Positions 36,101-50,500 of a stretch of 64,000 nt of DNA are shown in pieces (within the stretch, counting starts at the first letter, position 1; every line of letters begins with the position of its first letter). The notes beneath the pieces were generated by a model. That model worked only from the letters and a program-made list of their open reading frames with translations, ran no database searches and had not been told where the DNA came from. Origin of the DNA: Eledone cirrhosa. Its lineage: Eukaryota. The translations under genes and the position numbers were made by a program. The stretch is taken from contig OZ024740.1 of the NCBI GenBank assembly GCA_964016885.1, forward strand, positions 8,866,001 to 8,930,000, in the 5' to 3' direction.

Positions 36101-39100
36101 GATTGGTATGTCAGTTTCGAACGGTATATCAGTTTCGATTTGTATATCAGTTTCGATTGGTATATCAGTTTCTATCGTTATGTCAATTTTGATTAGTATA
36201 TGAGTTTCTATTGGTATGTCAGTTTCGATTGGTATATCAGTTTCGTATGGTATGTCAGTTTCGATTGGTATATAAGTTTCGATTGCTATGTTAGTTCTCG
36301 ATTTGTATGTCAGTTTCTATTTGTATATCGGTTTCGATTGGTATGTCAGTTTCGATTAGTATATCAGTTTCTATTGGTATGCCAGGCTCTATTGGTATAT
36401 AAGTTTCGATTTGTATGCCATTTTCGATTGCTTTATCAGTTTCGATTGGTATGTCTGTTTAGATTGGTATATCAGATTCGATTTGTATATCAGTTTCGAA
36501 TGGTATGTCAGTTTCTATTGGTATATCAGTTTCTATTGGTATATCAGTTTCGATAGATATATCAGTTTCGATTAGTATGTCAGTTTCTATTGGTATGTCA
36601 GATTCGATTACTATATCAGTTTCTATTGGTATGGCAGTTTCGATTGGTATATCAGTTTCTATTGGTATATCAGTTTCGATTGGTATGTCAGATTCTATTG
36701 GTATACCAGTTTTGAGTGGTATGTCAGTTTCGATTGGTATGTCAGTTTCGATTGGTATGTCAGTTACTATTTGTATGTCAATTTCTATTCGTATATCAGT
36801 TTCGATTGGTATGTCAGTTTCGATTGGTATGTCAGTTTCTATTGTTATGTCAGTTTCGATTGGCATGTCAATTTCTATCGTTATGTCAGTTTCGATTGGT
36901 ATATCAGTTTTGATTGTTATGTAAGTTTTATTGGTATTTCAGTTTCGATTGGTATATCAGTTTCGGTTGGTATGTCAGTTTCGATTGGTATGTCAGTTTC
37001 TATTGGTATGTCAGATTCGATTAGTATATCAGTTTCGAATTCTATGTCAGTTTTGATTGGTATATCAGTTTCGATTGGTATGTCAGTTTCGATTGGTATG
37101 TCAGTTTCGATTGGTATATCAGTTTCGAGTAGCATGTCAGTTTCTATTGGTATATCAGTTTCCATTGGTATATCAGTTTCGATTGGTATTTCAGCTTCTA
37201 TTGGTATATCAGTTTCTATTATTATGTCAGTTTCTATTGGTATATCAGTTTCGATTGGTATGTCAGTTTCGATTGGTATGTAAGTTTCGATTAGTATATC
37301 ATTTTCGATTGGTATGTCAGTTTTGATTGGTATGTCAGTTTCGATTGGTATATCAGTTTCGATTAGTATGTCAGTTTCTATTAGTATATCGGTTTCCATT
37401 AGTATATCAGTTTCGATTGGCATTTCAGTTTCTATGGGTATATCAGTTTCTATTTGTATGTCAGTTTCAATTGGTATGTCAGTTTATATTGGTATATCAG
37501 TTTCGATTGATATATCCGTTTCGATTAGTATGTCAGTTTCTATTGGTATGTCAGTTTCGATTAGTATATCAGTTTCTATTGGTATGTCAGTTTCGATTGG
37601 TATGTCAGTTTCTATTGTTATGTCAGTTTCGATTGGTATATCAGTTTAGATTGGTATATCAGTTTAGATTGTTATATCAGTTTCGATTGGTATGTCAGTT
37701 TCTTTTATTATGTCAGTTCCAATTGGTATATCAGTTTCGATTGTTATGTAAGTTTTATTGGTATTTCAGTTTCGATTGGTATATCAGTTTCGATTGGTAT
37801 GTCAGTTTCGATTGGTATATCAGTTTCGATTGATATATCAGTTTCTATTGGTATATCGGTTTCCATTAGTATATCAGTTTCGATTGGTATTTCAGTTTCT
37901 ATTGGTATATCAGTTTCGTTGATATATCAGTTTCGATTAGTATGTCAGTTTCTATTGGTATGTCAGTTTCGATTGGTATGTCAGTTTCTATTGTTATGTC
38001 AGTTTCGATTGGTATATCAGTTTAGATTGGTATATCAGTTTCGATTGGTATGTCAGTTTCTATTATTATGTCAGTTCCAATTGGTATATCAGTTTCGATT
38101 GTTATGTAAGTTTTATTGGTATTTCAGTTTCCATTGGTATATCAGTTTCGGTTGGTATATCAGTTTCGATAGGTATGTCAGTTTCTATTGGTATATCAGT
38201 TTCGATTGGTATGTCAGTTTCTATTGGTATGTCAATTTTGATTAGTATATGAGTTTCTATTGGTATATCAGTTTCGATTGATATATCAGTTTCGATTAGT
38301 ATGTCAGATTCTATTGGTATGTCAGTTTCGATTGGTATAACAGTTTCGATTGGTATATCAGTTTCGATTGGTATCTCAGTTTCGATTGGTATATCAGTTT
38401 CGATTGGTATGTCAGTTTCGATTGGTATGTAAGTTTCGATTAGTATATCAGTTTCGAATGGTATGTCAGTTTTGATTGGTATATCAGTTTCGATTGGTAT
38501 GTCAGTTTCTATTGGTATATCAGTTTCGATTGGTATATCAGTTTCAATTGGTATGTCAGTTTCGATTGGTATATCAGTTTCGATTGGTATGTCAGTTTCG
38601 ATTGGTATGTAAGTTTCGATTAGTATATCAGTTTCGAATTCTATGTCAGTTTTGATTGGTATATCAGTTTCGATTGGTATGTCAGTTTTGATTGGTATAT
38701 CAGTTTCGAGTAGCATGTCAGTTTGTATTGGTATATCAGTTTCCATTGGTATATCAGTTTCGATTGGTATTTCAGTTTCTATTGGTATATCAGTTTCTAT
38801 TATTATGTCAGTTTCGATTGGTATATCAGTTTCGATTGGTATGTCAGTCTCTATTGGTATATCAGTTTCGGTTGGTATGTCAGTTTCTATTTGTATGTCA
38901 ATTTTGATTAGTATATTAGTTTCTATTGGTATGTCAGTTTCGATTGGTATATCAGTTTCGAATGGTATGTCAGTTTCGATTAGTATATCAGTCTCGATTG
39001 CTATGTTAGTTCTCGATTTGTATGGCAGTTTCTATTTGTATATCAGTTTCGATTGGTATGTCAGTTTCGATTGTTATGTCAGTTTCTATTGGTATATCAG

Positions 39101-42100
39101 TTTTGATTCGTATGTCAGTTTCTATTGGTATGTCAGTTTCGATTAGTATATCAGTTTCTATTGGTATGTCATTTTCGATTGCTTTATCAGTTTCGATTAG
39201 TATGTCAGTTTCGATTGTTATGTCAGATTCTATTGGTATGTCAGTTTCTATTGGTCTGTCAATTTTGATTAGTATATGAGTTTCTATTGGTATGTCAGTT
39301 TCGATTGGTATATAAGTTTCGAATGGTATGTCAGTTTCGATTGGTATGTCAGTTTGGATAGGTATATCAGTTTCGATTGATATATCAGTTTCGATTAGTA
39401 TGTCAGTTTCTATTGATATGTCAGTTTCGATTATTATATCAGTTTCGATTGCTATGTTAGTTCTCGATTTGTATGTCAGTTTCTATTTGTATATCGGTTT
39501 CAATTTGTATATCAGTTTCGATTAGTATATCAGTTTCTATTGGTATGTCAGGGTCTATTGGTATATAAGTTTCGATTGGTATGTCAGTTTCGATTGGTAT
39601 GTCAGATTCTATTGGTATATCAGTTTCGATTGGTATATCAGTTTCTATCGTTATGTCAATTTTGATTAGTATATGAGTTTCTATTGGTATGTCAGTTTCG
39701 ATTGGTATATCAGTTTCGATTGTTATGTAAGTTTTATTGGTATTTCAGTTTCGATTGGTATATCAGTTTTGGTTGGTATGTCAGTTTCGATTGGTATGTC
39801 AGTTTCTATTGGTATGTCAGATTCGATTAGTATATCAGTTTCGAATTCTATGTCAGTTTTGATTGGTATATCAGTTTCGACTGGTATGTCAGTTTCGATT
39901 GGTATGTCAGTTTCGATTGGTATATCAGTTTCGAGTAGCATGTCAGTTTCTATTGGTATATCAGTTTCCATTGGTATATCAGTTTCGATTGGTATTTCAG
40001 TTTCTATTGGTATATCAGTTTCTATTATTATGTCAGTTTCGATTGGTATATCAGTTTCGATTGGTATGTAAGTCTCTATTGGTATATCAGTTTCGGTTGG
40101 TATGTCAGTTTCTATTTGTATGTCAATTTTGATTAGTATATTAGTTTCTATTGATATGTCAGTTTCGATTGGTATATCAGTTTCGAATGGCATGTCAGTT
40201 TCTATTGGTATGTCAGTTTCGATTAGTATATCAGTCTCGATTGCTATGTTAGTTCTCGATTTGTATGGCAGTTTCTATTTGTATATCAGTTTCGATTGGT
40301 ATGTCAGTTTTGATTGTTATGTCAGTTTCTATTGGTATATCAGTTTTGATTCGTATGTCAGTTGCTATTGGTATGTCAGTTTCGATTAGTATATCAGTTT
40401 CTATCGGTATGTCTGGCTCTATTGGTATATAAGTTTCGATTGGTATGTCATTTTCGATTGCCTTATCAGTTTCGATTGGTATGTCAGTTTCGATTGGTAT
40501 GTCAGATTCTATTGGTATATCAGTTTCGATTGGTATATCAGTTTCTATCGTTATGTCAATTTTGATTAGTATATGAGTTTCTATTGGTATGTCAGTTTCG
40601 ATTGGTATATAAGTTTCGATTGCTATGTTAGTTATCGTTTTTTATGTCAGTTTATATTTGTATATCAGTTTCGATTGGTATGTCTGTTTAGATTGGTATA
40701 TCAGTTTCGATTTGTATATCAGTTTCGAATGGTATGTCAGTTTCTATTGGTATATCAGTTTTCTATTGGTATATCAGTTTCTATTGGTATATCAGTTTCG
40801 ATAGATATATCAGTTTCGATTAGTATGTCAGTTTCTATTGGTATGTCAGATTCGATTAGTATATCAGTTTCTATTGGTATGGCAGTTTCGATTGGTATAT
40901 CAGTTTCTATTGGTATATCAGTTTCTATTGGTATGTCAGTGTCAATTGGTATATCAGTTTAAAATTGGTATGTCAGTTTTATTGGTATGTCAATTTCGAT
41001 TGGTATATCATTTTCGGTTGGTATGTCAGTATCGATTGGTATGTCAGATTCTATTGGTATACCTGTTTTGATTGGTATGTCAGTTTCGATTGGTATGTCA
41101 GTTACTATTTGTATGTCAGTTTCTATTCGTATATCAGTTTCGAATGGTATGTCAGTTTTGATTGGTATATCAGTTTCGATTGGTATGTCAGTTTCGATTG
41201 GTATGTCAGTTTCTATTGTTATGTCAGTTTCGATTGGCATGTCAATTTCTATTGTTATGTCAGTTTCGATTGGTATATCAGTTTCGATTGTTATGTAAGT
41301 TTTATTGGTATTTCAGTTTCGATTGGTATATCAGTTTCGGTTGGTATGTCAGTTTCGATTGGTATGTCAGTTTCTATTGGTATGTCAGATTCGATTGATA
41401 TATCAGTTTTGATTGGTATGTCAATTTCGATTGGCATGTCATTTTCGATTGGTATAAGTTTCGATTGGTATGTCAGTTTCGATTGGTATGTAAGTTTCGA
41501 TTGGTATATCAGTTTCGATTGTTATGTCAGTTTCTATTGGTATATCAGTTTCGACTGGTATGTTATTTTCGATTGGTATGTTAGTCCTTGATTTGTATGT
41601 CAGTTTTTATTGGCATATCAGTTTCAATTAGTATATCAGTTACTATTTGTATGTCAGTTTCTATTGGTATATCAGTGTCGATTGGTATATCAGTTTCGAT
41701 TGGTATGTCAGTTTCGATTGGTATGTCAGTTTCGATTGGTATGTCAGTTTCGATTGGTATGTAAGTTTCGATTAGTATATCAGTTTCGAATGGTATGTCA
41801 GTTTTGATTGGTATATCAGTGTCGATTGGTGTGTCAGTTTCGATTGGTATGTCAGTTTCGATTGGTATATCAGTTTCGATTAGTATGGCAGTTTCGATTG
41901 GTATGTAAGTTTCCTTTGGTATATCAGTTTCGATTGGTATTTCAGTTTCTATTGGTATATCAGTTTCGATTGATATATCAGTTTCGATTAGTATGTCAGT
42001 TTCCATTGGTATGTCAGTTTCGATTAGTATATCAGTTTCTATTGGTATATCAGTTTCGATTGGTATTTCAGTGTCAATTGGTATATCAGTTTTAATTGGT

Positions 42101-43899
42101 ATGTCAGTTTTATTGGTATGTCAATTTCGATTGGTATATCAGTTTCAGGTTGGTACGTCAGTTTCGATTGGTAGGTCAGATTCTATTGGTATACCAGTTT
42201 TGATTGGTATGTCAGTTTCGATTGGTATGTCAGTTTCGATTGGTATGTCAGTTTTTATTGGTATATCAGTTTTGATTGGTATGTCAGTTTCGATTAGTAT
42301 ATCAGTTACTATTTGTATGTCAGTTTCTATTGGTATATCAGTTTCGATTGATATATCAGTTTCGATTGGTATTTCAGTTTCTATTGGTATATCAGTTTCG
42401 ATTGATATATCAGTTTCGATTAGTATGTCAGTTTCTAATGGTATGTCAGTTTCGATTAGTATATCAGTTTTTATTGGTAAGTCAGTTTCGATTGGTATGT
42501 CAGTTTCGATTGGTATGTCAGTTTCTATTGGTATATCAGTTTCGATTGGTATGTCAGTTTCTATTGGTATGTGAGTTTCTATTGGTATATCAGTTTCGAT
42601 TGGTAAGTCAGTTTCTATTGGTATGTGAGTTTCTATTGGTATATCAGTTTCGATTGGTATGTCAGTTTCGAATGGTATGTCAGTTTCGATTGGTATATCA
42701 GTTTCGATTAGTATTTCAGTTTCTATTGGTATATCGGTTGCCATTGGTATATCAGTTTCGATTGGTATTTCAGTTTCTATGGTTATATCAGTTTCTATTT
42801 GTATGTCAGTTTCAATTGGTATGTCAGTTTCTATTGGTATATCAGTTTCGATTGCTATATCAGTTTCGATTAGTTTGTCAGTTTGTATTGGTATGTCAGT
42901 TTTGATTAGTATATCAGTTTCTATTGGTATGTCAGTTTCGATTGGTATGTCAGTTTCGATTGTTATCTCAGTTTCAATTGGTATATCAGTTTTGATTGTT
43001 ATGTAAGTGTTATTGGTATTTCAGTTTCGATTGGTATATCAGTTTCGGTTGGTATGTCAGTTCTGATTGGTATGTCAGTTTCTATTGGTATATCAGTTTC
43101 GATTAGTATGTTGGTTTCTATTGGTATGTCAGTTTCGATTAGTATATCAGTTTCGATTGCTATGTTAGTTCTCTATTTGTATGTCAGTTTCTAATTGTAT
43201 ATCAGTTTCGATTGTTATGTCAGTTTCTATTAGTATGTCAGTTTTTATTGGTATATCGGTTTCCATTGGTATATCAGTTTCCATTGGTATGTCAGTTTCT
43301 ATTGTTATATCAGTTTCGATTGGTATATCAGTTTCTATTGGTATATCAGTTCCGATTGGTATATCAGTTTCGGTTGGTATGTCAGTTTCGATTGGTATGT
43401 CAGTTTCTATTGGTATATCAGTTTCGACTTGTATGTTAGTTTCGATTGGTATGACAGTTTCGATTTGTATGTCAGTTTCGATTGGTATATCACTTTCGAT
43501 TGTTATGTCAGTTTCTATTGGTATATCAGTTTTGACTGGTATGTCACTTTCTATTGGTATATCAGTGTCAATTGATATATCAGTTTTAATTGGTATGTCA
43601 GTTTCGATTGGTATATCAGTTTCGAATGATAAGTCAGTTTCGATTGGTATGTCAGTTTCAATTGGTTTATCAGATTCGATTAGTATGTCAATTTCTATTG
43701 GTATGTCAGTTTCTATTGGTATATCAGCTTCTGTTGGTATGTCAGTTTCTATTGGTATGTCAGTTTTTATTGGTATATCAGTTTCGATTGGTATATCAGT
43801 TTCGATTGGTATGTCAATTCGATTGGTATGTAAGTTTCGATTAGTATATCAGTTTCGAATGGTATGTCAGTTTTGATTGGTATATCAGTTTCGATTGGT
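27192..43899. repeat. 18-bp satellite (block 4), containing a change in variant repertoire near 33.5 kb
   Basis: Tandem 18-mers; marker TTAGTCCTCG/TTAGTCCGCG largely replaced by TTAGTTCTCG from ~33498. Confidence 0.99.
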
Positions 43900-44306
43900 T
43901 GCATGGTGGTGAGACCTGGGCGCTGAAGGTGGAAAACTTACGTAGATTAGAGAGAAACGAAGCCTGCATGCTCTGATGGATGTGTAACAGTAATATACGT
44001 GAACGACAAAGCATAAATGAATTGAGAGAGAAACTGAGCATAAGAGGAATCAAATGCTGTGTGCAGGAGAGGCGGTTGCGCTGGTATGGGCATGCGATGC
44101 GTATGAAGGGTGACAGCTGCATAAAAAGGTGCAGAGTACTAGAAGTTGATGGAAACCGCGGAGTGGGGAGACCCAAGATGACCTGGGATGAGGTGATAAA
44201 AGCCGAACTAACCCAATTACCCCTCTCAAAGACAATGACACACGACCGTGACTTCTGGCGTCACGAAGTAATACAGAGTACACGACCTCCCATGGGTACA
44301 TGCTGA
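43900..44306 (+). pseudogene. C-terminal remnant of family A ORF
   Basis: ...CNSNIRERQSINELREKL...TRPPMGTC*; premature stop upstream. Confidence 0.9.
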
Positions 44307-44590
44307 AGCATATAAACAATATGCCCCCACACCCCCCACCGCAAGGTGGTCGTGGAGGTGCCACGGCAAAAAAGCACCCAGCCCACACTGTAAAGTGGAC
44401 ATGTAGGCGCCACGAAAAAGCACCCAGCACTCACTGTAAATGAGGTTGGTGTTAGGAAGGGCATCCAGCTGTAGAAATCAAGCCAGATCAGTTCCTGTAT
44501 GAGCAAGGCATGGTCAGCCGACCAGACACTGCACACAACAGGACAACCCGTCTAACCCATGCTAGCGTGGAAGAACGGACGTAAAACGGT
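43900..44590 (+). mobile_element. 5'-truncated, decayed family A copy lacking the (GAT)n tail
   Basis: Matches ~20737-21427 with many substitutions; CGA>TGA nonsense at 43974-43976; ends ...GTAAAACGGT directly into satellite. Confidence 0.94.
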
Positions 44591-47500
44591 TGGTGTGTTA
44601 GTTTCTATTGGTATGTCAGTTTCTATTAGTATATCAGTTTTTATTGGTATGTTAGTTTCGATTGGTATGTTAGTTCTCGATTTGTATGTCAGTTTCTATT
44701 GGTATATCAGTTTCGATTGGTATGTCATTTTCTATTGGTATATCAGTGTCGATAGGTATCTCAGTTTCGATTGGTATGTCAGTTTCAATTGGTAAGTCAA
44801 TTTCGATTGGTTTATCAGATTCAATTAGGATGTCAATTTCTATCGGTATATCAGTTTCCATTGGTATATCAGTTTCGATTGGTATGTCAGTTTCGATTTG
44901 TGTATCAGTTTCGATTGGTATGTCAGTTTCGATTGGTTTATCAGATTCGATTAGTATGTCAATTTCTATTGGTATATCAGTTTCGACTGGTATGTTATTT
45001 TCGATTGGTATGTCAGTTTCTATTGGTACATCAGTTTCGATTAGTATATCAGTTACTATTTGTATGTCAGTTTCTATTGGTATATCAGTTTTGATTGGTA
45101 TGTAAGTTTTGATTGGTATATCAGTTTCGATTGGTATGTCAGTTTCGATTGGTATGTAAGTTTCGATTAGTGTATCAGTCTCGAATGGTATGTCAGTTTT
45201 GATTGGTATATCAGTTTCGATTGGTATATCAGTTTCGATTGGTATGTCAGTTTCGATTGGTATATCAGTTTCGAATTGTATGTCAGTTTCTATTGGTATA
45301 TCGGTTTCCATTGGTATATCAGTTTCGATTGGTATTTCAGTTTCTATGGGTATATCAGTTTCGATTGATATATCAGTTTCGATTAGGATGTCAGTTTCTA
45401 TTGGTATGTCAGTTTCGATTAGTATATCAGTTTCTATTGGTATGTCAGTTTCGATTGGTATGTCCGTTTCCATTGTTATGTCAGTTTCGATTGGTATATC
45501 AGTTTCGGTTGGTATGTCAGTTTCTATTGGTATATCAGTTTCGATTGGTATGTCAGTTTCTATTGGTAAGTCAATTTTGATTAGTATATGAGTTTCTATT
45601 GGTATGTCAGTTTCTATTGGTATATCAGTTTTGAATGGTATGTCAGTTTCGATTGGTATGTCAGTTTGGACAGGTATATCAGTTTCGATTGACATATCAG
45701 TTTCGATTAGTATGTCAATTTCGATTGGTATGTCAGTTTCGATTGGTATGTCAGTTTCTATTATTATGTCAGTTTCAATTGGTAGATCAGTTTCGATTGC
45801 TATGTCAGTTTCGATTTGTATGTCAGTTTCTATTGGTATATCAGTTTCGATTGATATGTCAGTTTCTATTGGTATGTCGATTTTGATTAGTATATGAGTT
45901 TCTATTGGTATGTCAGTTTCGATTGGTATATCAGTTTCGAATGGTATGTCAGTTTCGATTGGTATGTCAGTTTGGACAGGTATATCAGTTTCGATTGATA
46001 TATCAGTTTCGATTAGTATGTCAGTTTCTATTGGTATGTCAGTTTCGATTAGTATATCAGTTTAGATTGCTATGTTAGTTCTCGATTTGTATGTCAGTTT
46101 CGATTCGTATATCAGTTTTGATTGGTATGTCAGTTTCGTTTGGTATGTCAGTTTCTATTGGAATATCAGTTTCGATTGTTATGTCAGTTTCGATTATTAT
46201 ATCAGTTTCAATTGGTATATCAGTTTTTATTGGTATATCGGTTTCCATTGGTATATCAGTTTCCATTGGTGTGTCAGTTTCTATTGGTATATCAGTTTCG
46301 ATTGTTATATCAGTTTCTATTGGTATATCAGTTCCGATTGGTATATCAGTTTCGATTGGTATGTCAGTTTCGATTAGTATATCGGTTTCTATTTGTATGT
46401 CAGTTTCTATTGGTATATCAGTTTCCTTTGGTATATTAGTTTCGATTGGTATGTCAATTTCGATTGGTATGATTAGTTTCGATTGGTATATCAGATTCGA
46501 CTGGTATATAATTTCTATTGCTATATCAGTTTCGATTGGTATGTCAATTTCAATTGGTATATCAGTTTCGATTCGTATGTCAGTTTCTATTGGTATGTCA
46601 GTTTCGATTAGTATATCAGTTTCTATTGGTATATAAGTTTTGATTGGTATGTCATTTTCGATTGGTATATCAGTTTTGATTGGTATGTCAGTTGCTATTG
46701 GTATATCGGTTTCCATTGGTATATCAGTTTCGAATGGTATGTCAGTTTCTATTGGTATATCAGTTTCTATTGGTATATCAGTTTCGATAGATATATCAGT
46801 TTCGATTAGTATGTCAGTTTCTATTGGTATGTCAGATTCGATTAGTATATCAGTTTCTAGTGGTATGTCAGTTTCGATTGGTATGTCAGTTTCTATTGGT
46901 ATATCAGTGTCAATTGGTATATCAGTTTTAATTGGTATGTCAGTTTTATTGGTATGTCAATTTCGATTGGTATATCAGTTTCGGTTGGTATGTCAGTTTC
47001 GATTGGTAAGTCAGTTTCGATTGGTATGTCAGTTTCAATTGGTTTATCAGATTCGATTATTATGTCAATTTCTATTCGTATGTCAGTTTCTATTGGTATA
47101 TCAGTTTCTGTTGGTATGTCAGTTTCTATTGTTATGTCAGTTTCGGTTGTTATAACAGTTTCGATTGTTATGTCAGTTTCTATTGGTATATCAGTTACGA
47201 TTGGTATATCAGTTTCGATTGGTATGTCAATTTCGATTGGTATGTTAGTTTCGATTGGTATGTATGTTTCAATTAGTATATCAGTTACTATTGGTATATC
47301 ATTTTCTTTTGGTATATCAGTTTCGATTGGTATGTCAGTTTCGATTGGTATATCAGATTTGACTGGTATATAATTTCTATTGCTATATCAGTTTCTATTG
47401 GTATGTCAGTTTCGATTGGTATGTCACTTTCTATTGGTATATCAGTTTTGAATCATATGTCATTTTCTATAGGTATGTCAGTTTCGATTAGTATATCAGT

Positions 47501-50500
47501 TCCTATTGGTATGTCATTTTCGATTGGTATATCAGTTTCGATTGGAATGTCAGTTTTGATTGGTATGTCAGTTTCGATTGGTATATCAGTTTCGAATGGT
47601 ATGTCAGTTTGGATAGGTATATCAGTTTCGATTAGTATTTCAGTTTCTATTGGTATATCGGTTTCCTTTGGTATATCAGTTTCGAATGGTATGTCAGTTT
47701 CTATTGGTATATCAGTTTCGATTGGTATGTCAGTTTGTATTGGTATGTCAGTGTCTATTGGTATATCAGTTTTAATTGGTATGTCAGTTTTATTGGTATG
47801 TCAATTTCGATTGGTATATCAGTTTTGATTGGTATGTCAGTTTCGACTTGTATGTCAGTTTCGATTGGTATGTCAGTTTCTATTGGTATATCAGTTTCGA
47901 TTTGTATGTCAGTTTCGATTAGTATATCAGTTTCTATTGGTATGTGAGTTTCTATTGGTATATCAGGTTCGATTGGTATATCAGTTTCGATAGGTATGTC
48001 AATTTCTATTGGTATGTCAGTTTCGCTTGGTATGTCAGTTTCTATTGGTATATCAGTTTCTGTTCGTATGTCAGTTTCTATTGGTATGTCAATTTTTATT
48101 GGTATATCAGTTTCGATTGGTATATCAGTTTCGATTGGTATGTTAGTTTCTATTGGTATGTCAGTTTCGATTAGTATATCAGTTTCGAATGGTATGTCAG
48201 TTTTTATTGGTATATCAGTTTCGATTGGTATATCAGCTTCGATTGGTATGTCAGTTTCGATTGGTATGTCAGTTTTGATTGGTATATCAGTTTCGACTGG
48301 TATGTTATTTTCGATTGGTATGTTAGTCCTCGATTTGTATGTCAGTTTCTATTGGTATATCAGTTTCGATTAGTATAACAGTTTAGATTGGTATATCAGT
48401 TTCGATTGGTATGTCAGTATCTATTATTATGTCAGTTTCAATTGGTAGATCCGTTTCGATTGTTATGTTATTTTTATTGGTATTTCAGTTTCTATTGGTA
48501 TATCAGTTTTGGTTGGTATGTCAGTTTCGATTTGTATGTCAGTTTCTATTGGTATATCAGTTTCGATTGATATGTCAGTTTCTATTGGTATGTCAATTTT
48601 GATTAGTATATGAGTTTCTATTGGTATGTTAGTTTCGATTGGTATATCAGTTTCGAATGGTGTGTCAGTTTCGATTGGTATGTCAGTTTGGACAGGTATA
48701 TCAGTTTCGATTGATATATCAGTTTCGATTAGTATGTCAGTTTCTATTGGTATGTCAGTTTCGATTAGTATATCAGTTTCGATTGCTATGTTAGTTCTTG
48801 ATTTGTATGTCAGTTTCGATTTGTATATCAGTTTTGATTGGTATGTCAGTTTCGATTGGTATGTCAGTTTCGATTAGTATATCGGTTTCTATTGGTATGT
48901 CAGTTTCTATTGGTATATCAGTTTCCTTTGGTATATTAGTTTCGATTGGTATGTCAATTTCAATTGGTATGATTAGTTTCGATTGGTATATCAGATTCGA
49001 CTGGTATATAATTTCTATTGTTATATCAGATTCGATTGGTATATCAGTTTCTATTGGTATGTCAGTTTCGATTAGTATATCAGTTTCTATTGGTATATAA
49101 GTTTTGATTGGTATGTCATTTTCGATTGGTATATTAGTTTTGATTGGTATGTCAGATTCTGTTGGTATATCGGTTTCTATTGGTATATCAGTTTCGAATG
49201 GTATGTCAGTTTCTATTGGTATATCAGTTTCTATTGGTATATCAGTTTCGATAGATATATCAGTTTCGATTAGTATGTCAGTTTCTATTGGTATGTCAGA
49301 TTCGATTAGTATATCAGTTTCTAGTGGTATGTCAGTTTCGATTGGTATGTCAGTTTCTATTGGTATATCAGTGTCAATTGGTATATCAGTTTTAATTGGT
49401 ATGTCAGTTTTATGGGTATGTCAATTTCGATTGGTATATCAGTTTCGGTTGGTATGTCAGTTTCGATTGGTTAGTCAGTTTCGATTGGTAAGTCAGTTTC
49501 GATTGGTATATCAGTTTCGAATGATATGTCAGTTTCGATTGGTATGTCAGTTTCAATTGGTTTATCAGATTCGATTAGTATGTCAATTTCTATTCGTATG
49601 TCAGTTTCGATTGGTATGTCAGTTTCTATTGGCATATCAGTTTCTGTTGGTATGTCAGTTTCTATTGGTATGTCAGTTTCTATTGATATGTCAGTTTCAA
49701 TTGGTATATCAGTTTCTATTGGTATGTCAGTTTTATTGGTATGTCAGTTTTGGTTGGTATATCAGTTTCGATTGTTATGTCAGTTTCTATTGGTATATCA
49801 GTTTCGACTGGTATGTTAGTTTCTATTGGTATGTCAGTTTCGATTAGTATATCAGTTTCTATTGGTATATCAGTTTCGATTGGTATGTCAGTTTCGATTA
49901 GTGTATCAGTTTCTATTGGTATATCAGTTTCTATTGGTATATCAGTTTCGATAGATATATCAGTTTCCATTGGAATGTCAGTTTCGATTGGTATGTCAGT
50001 TTCGATTGGTATATCAGTTTCGATTGGTATGTCAGTTTCTATTGGTATGTCAGTGTCTATTGGTATATCAGTTTTAATTGGTATGTTAGTTTTATTGGTA
50101 TGTCAATTTCGATTTGTATATCAGTTTCGGTTGGTATGTCAGTTTCGATTGGTATGTCAGACTCTATTGGTATGCCAGTTTTGATTGGTATGTCAGTTTC
50201 GACTTGTATGTCAGTTTCGATTGGTATGTCAGTTTCTATTGGTATATCAGTTTCGATTTGTATGTCAGTTTCGATTAGTATATCAGTTTCTATTGGTATG
50301 TGAGTTTCAATTGGTATATCAGTTTCGATTGGTATGTCAATTTCTATTGGTACGTCAGTTTCGATTGGTATGTCAGTTTCTATTGGTATATCAGTTTCTG
50401 TTCGTATGTCAGTTTCTATTGGTATGTCAATTTTTATTGGTATATCATTTTCGATTGGTATATAAGTTTCGATTGGTATGTTAGTTTCTATTGGTATGTC

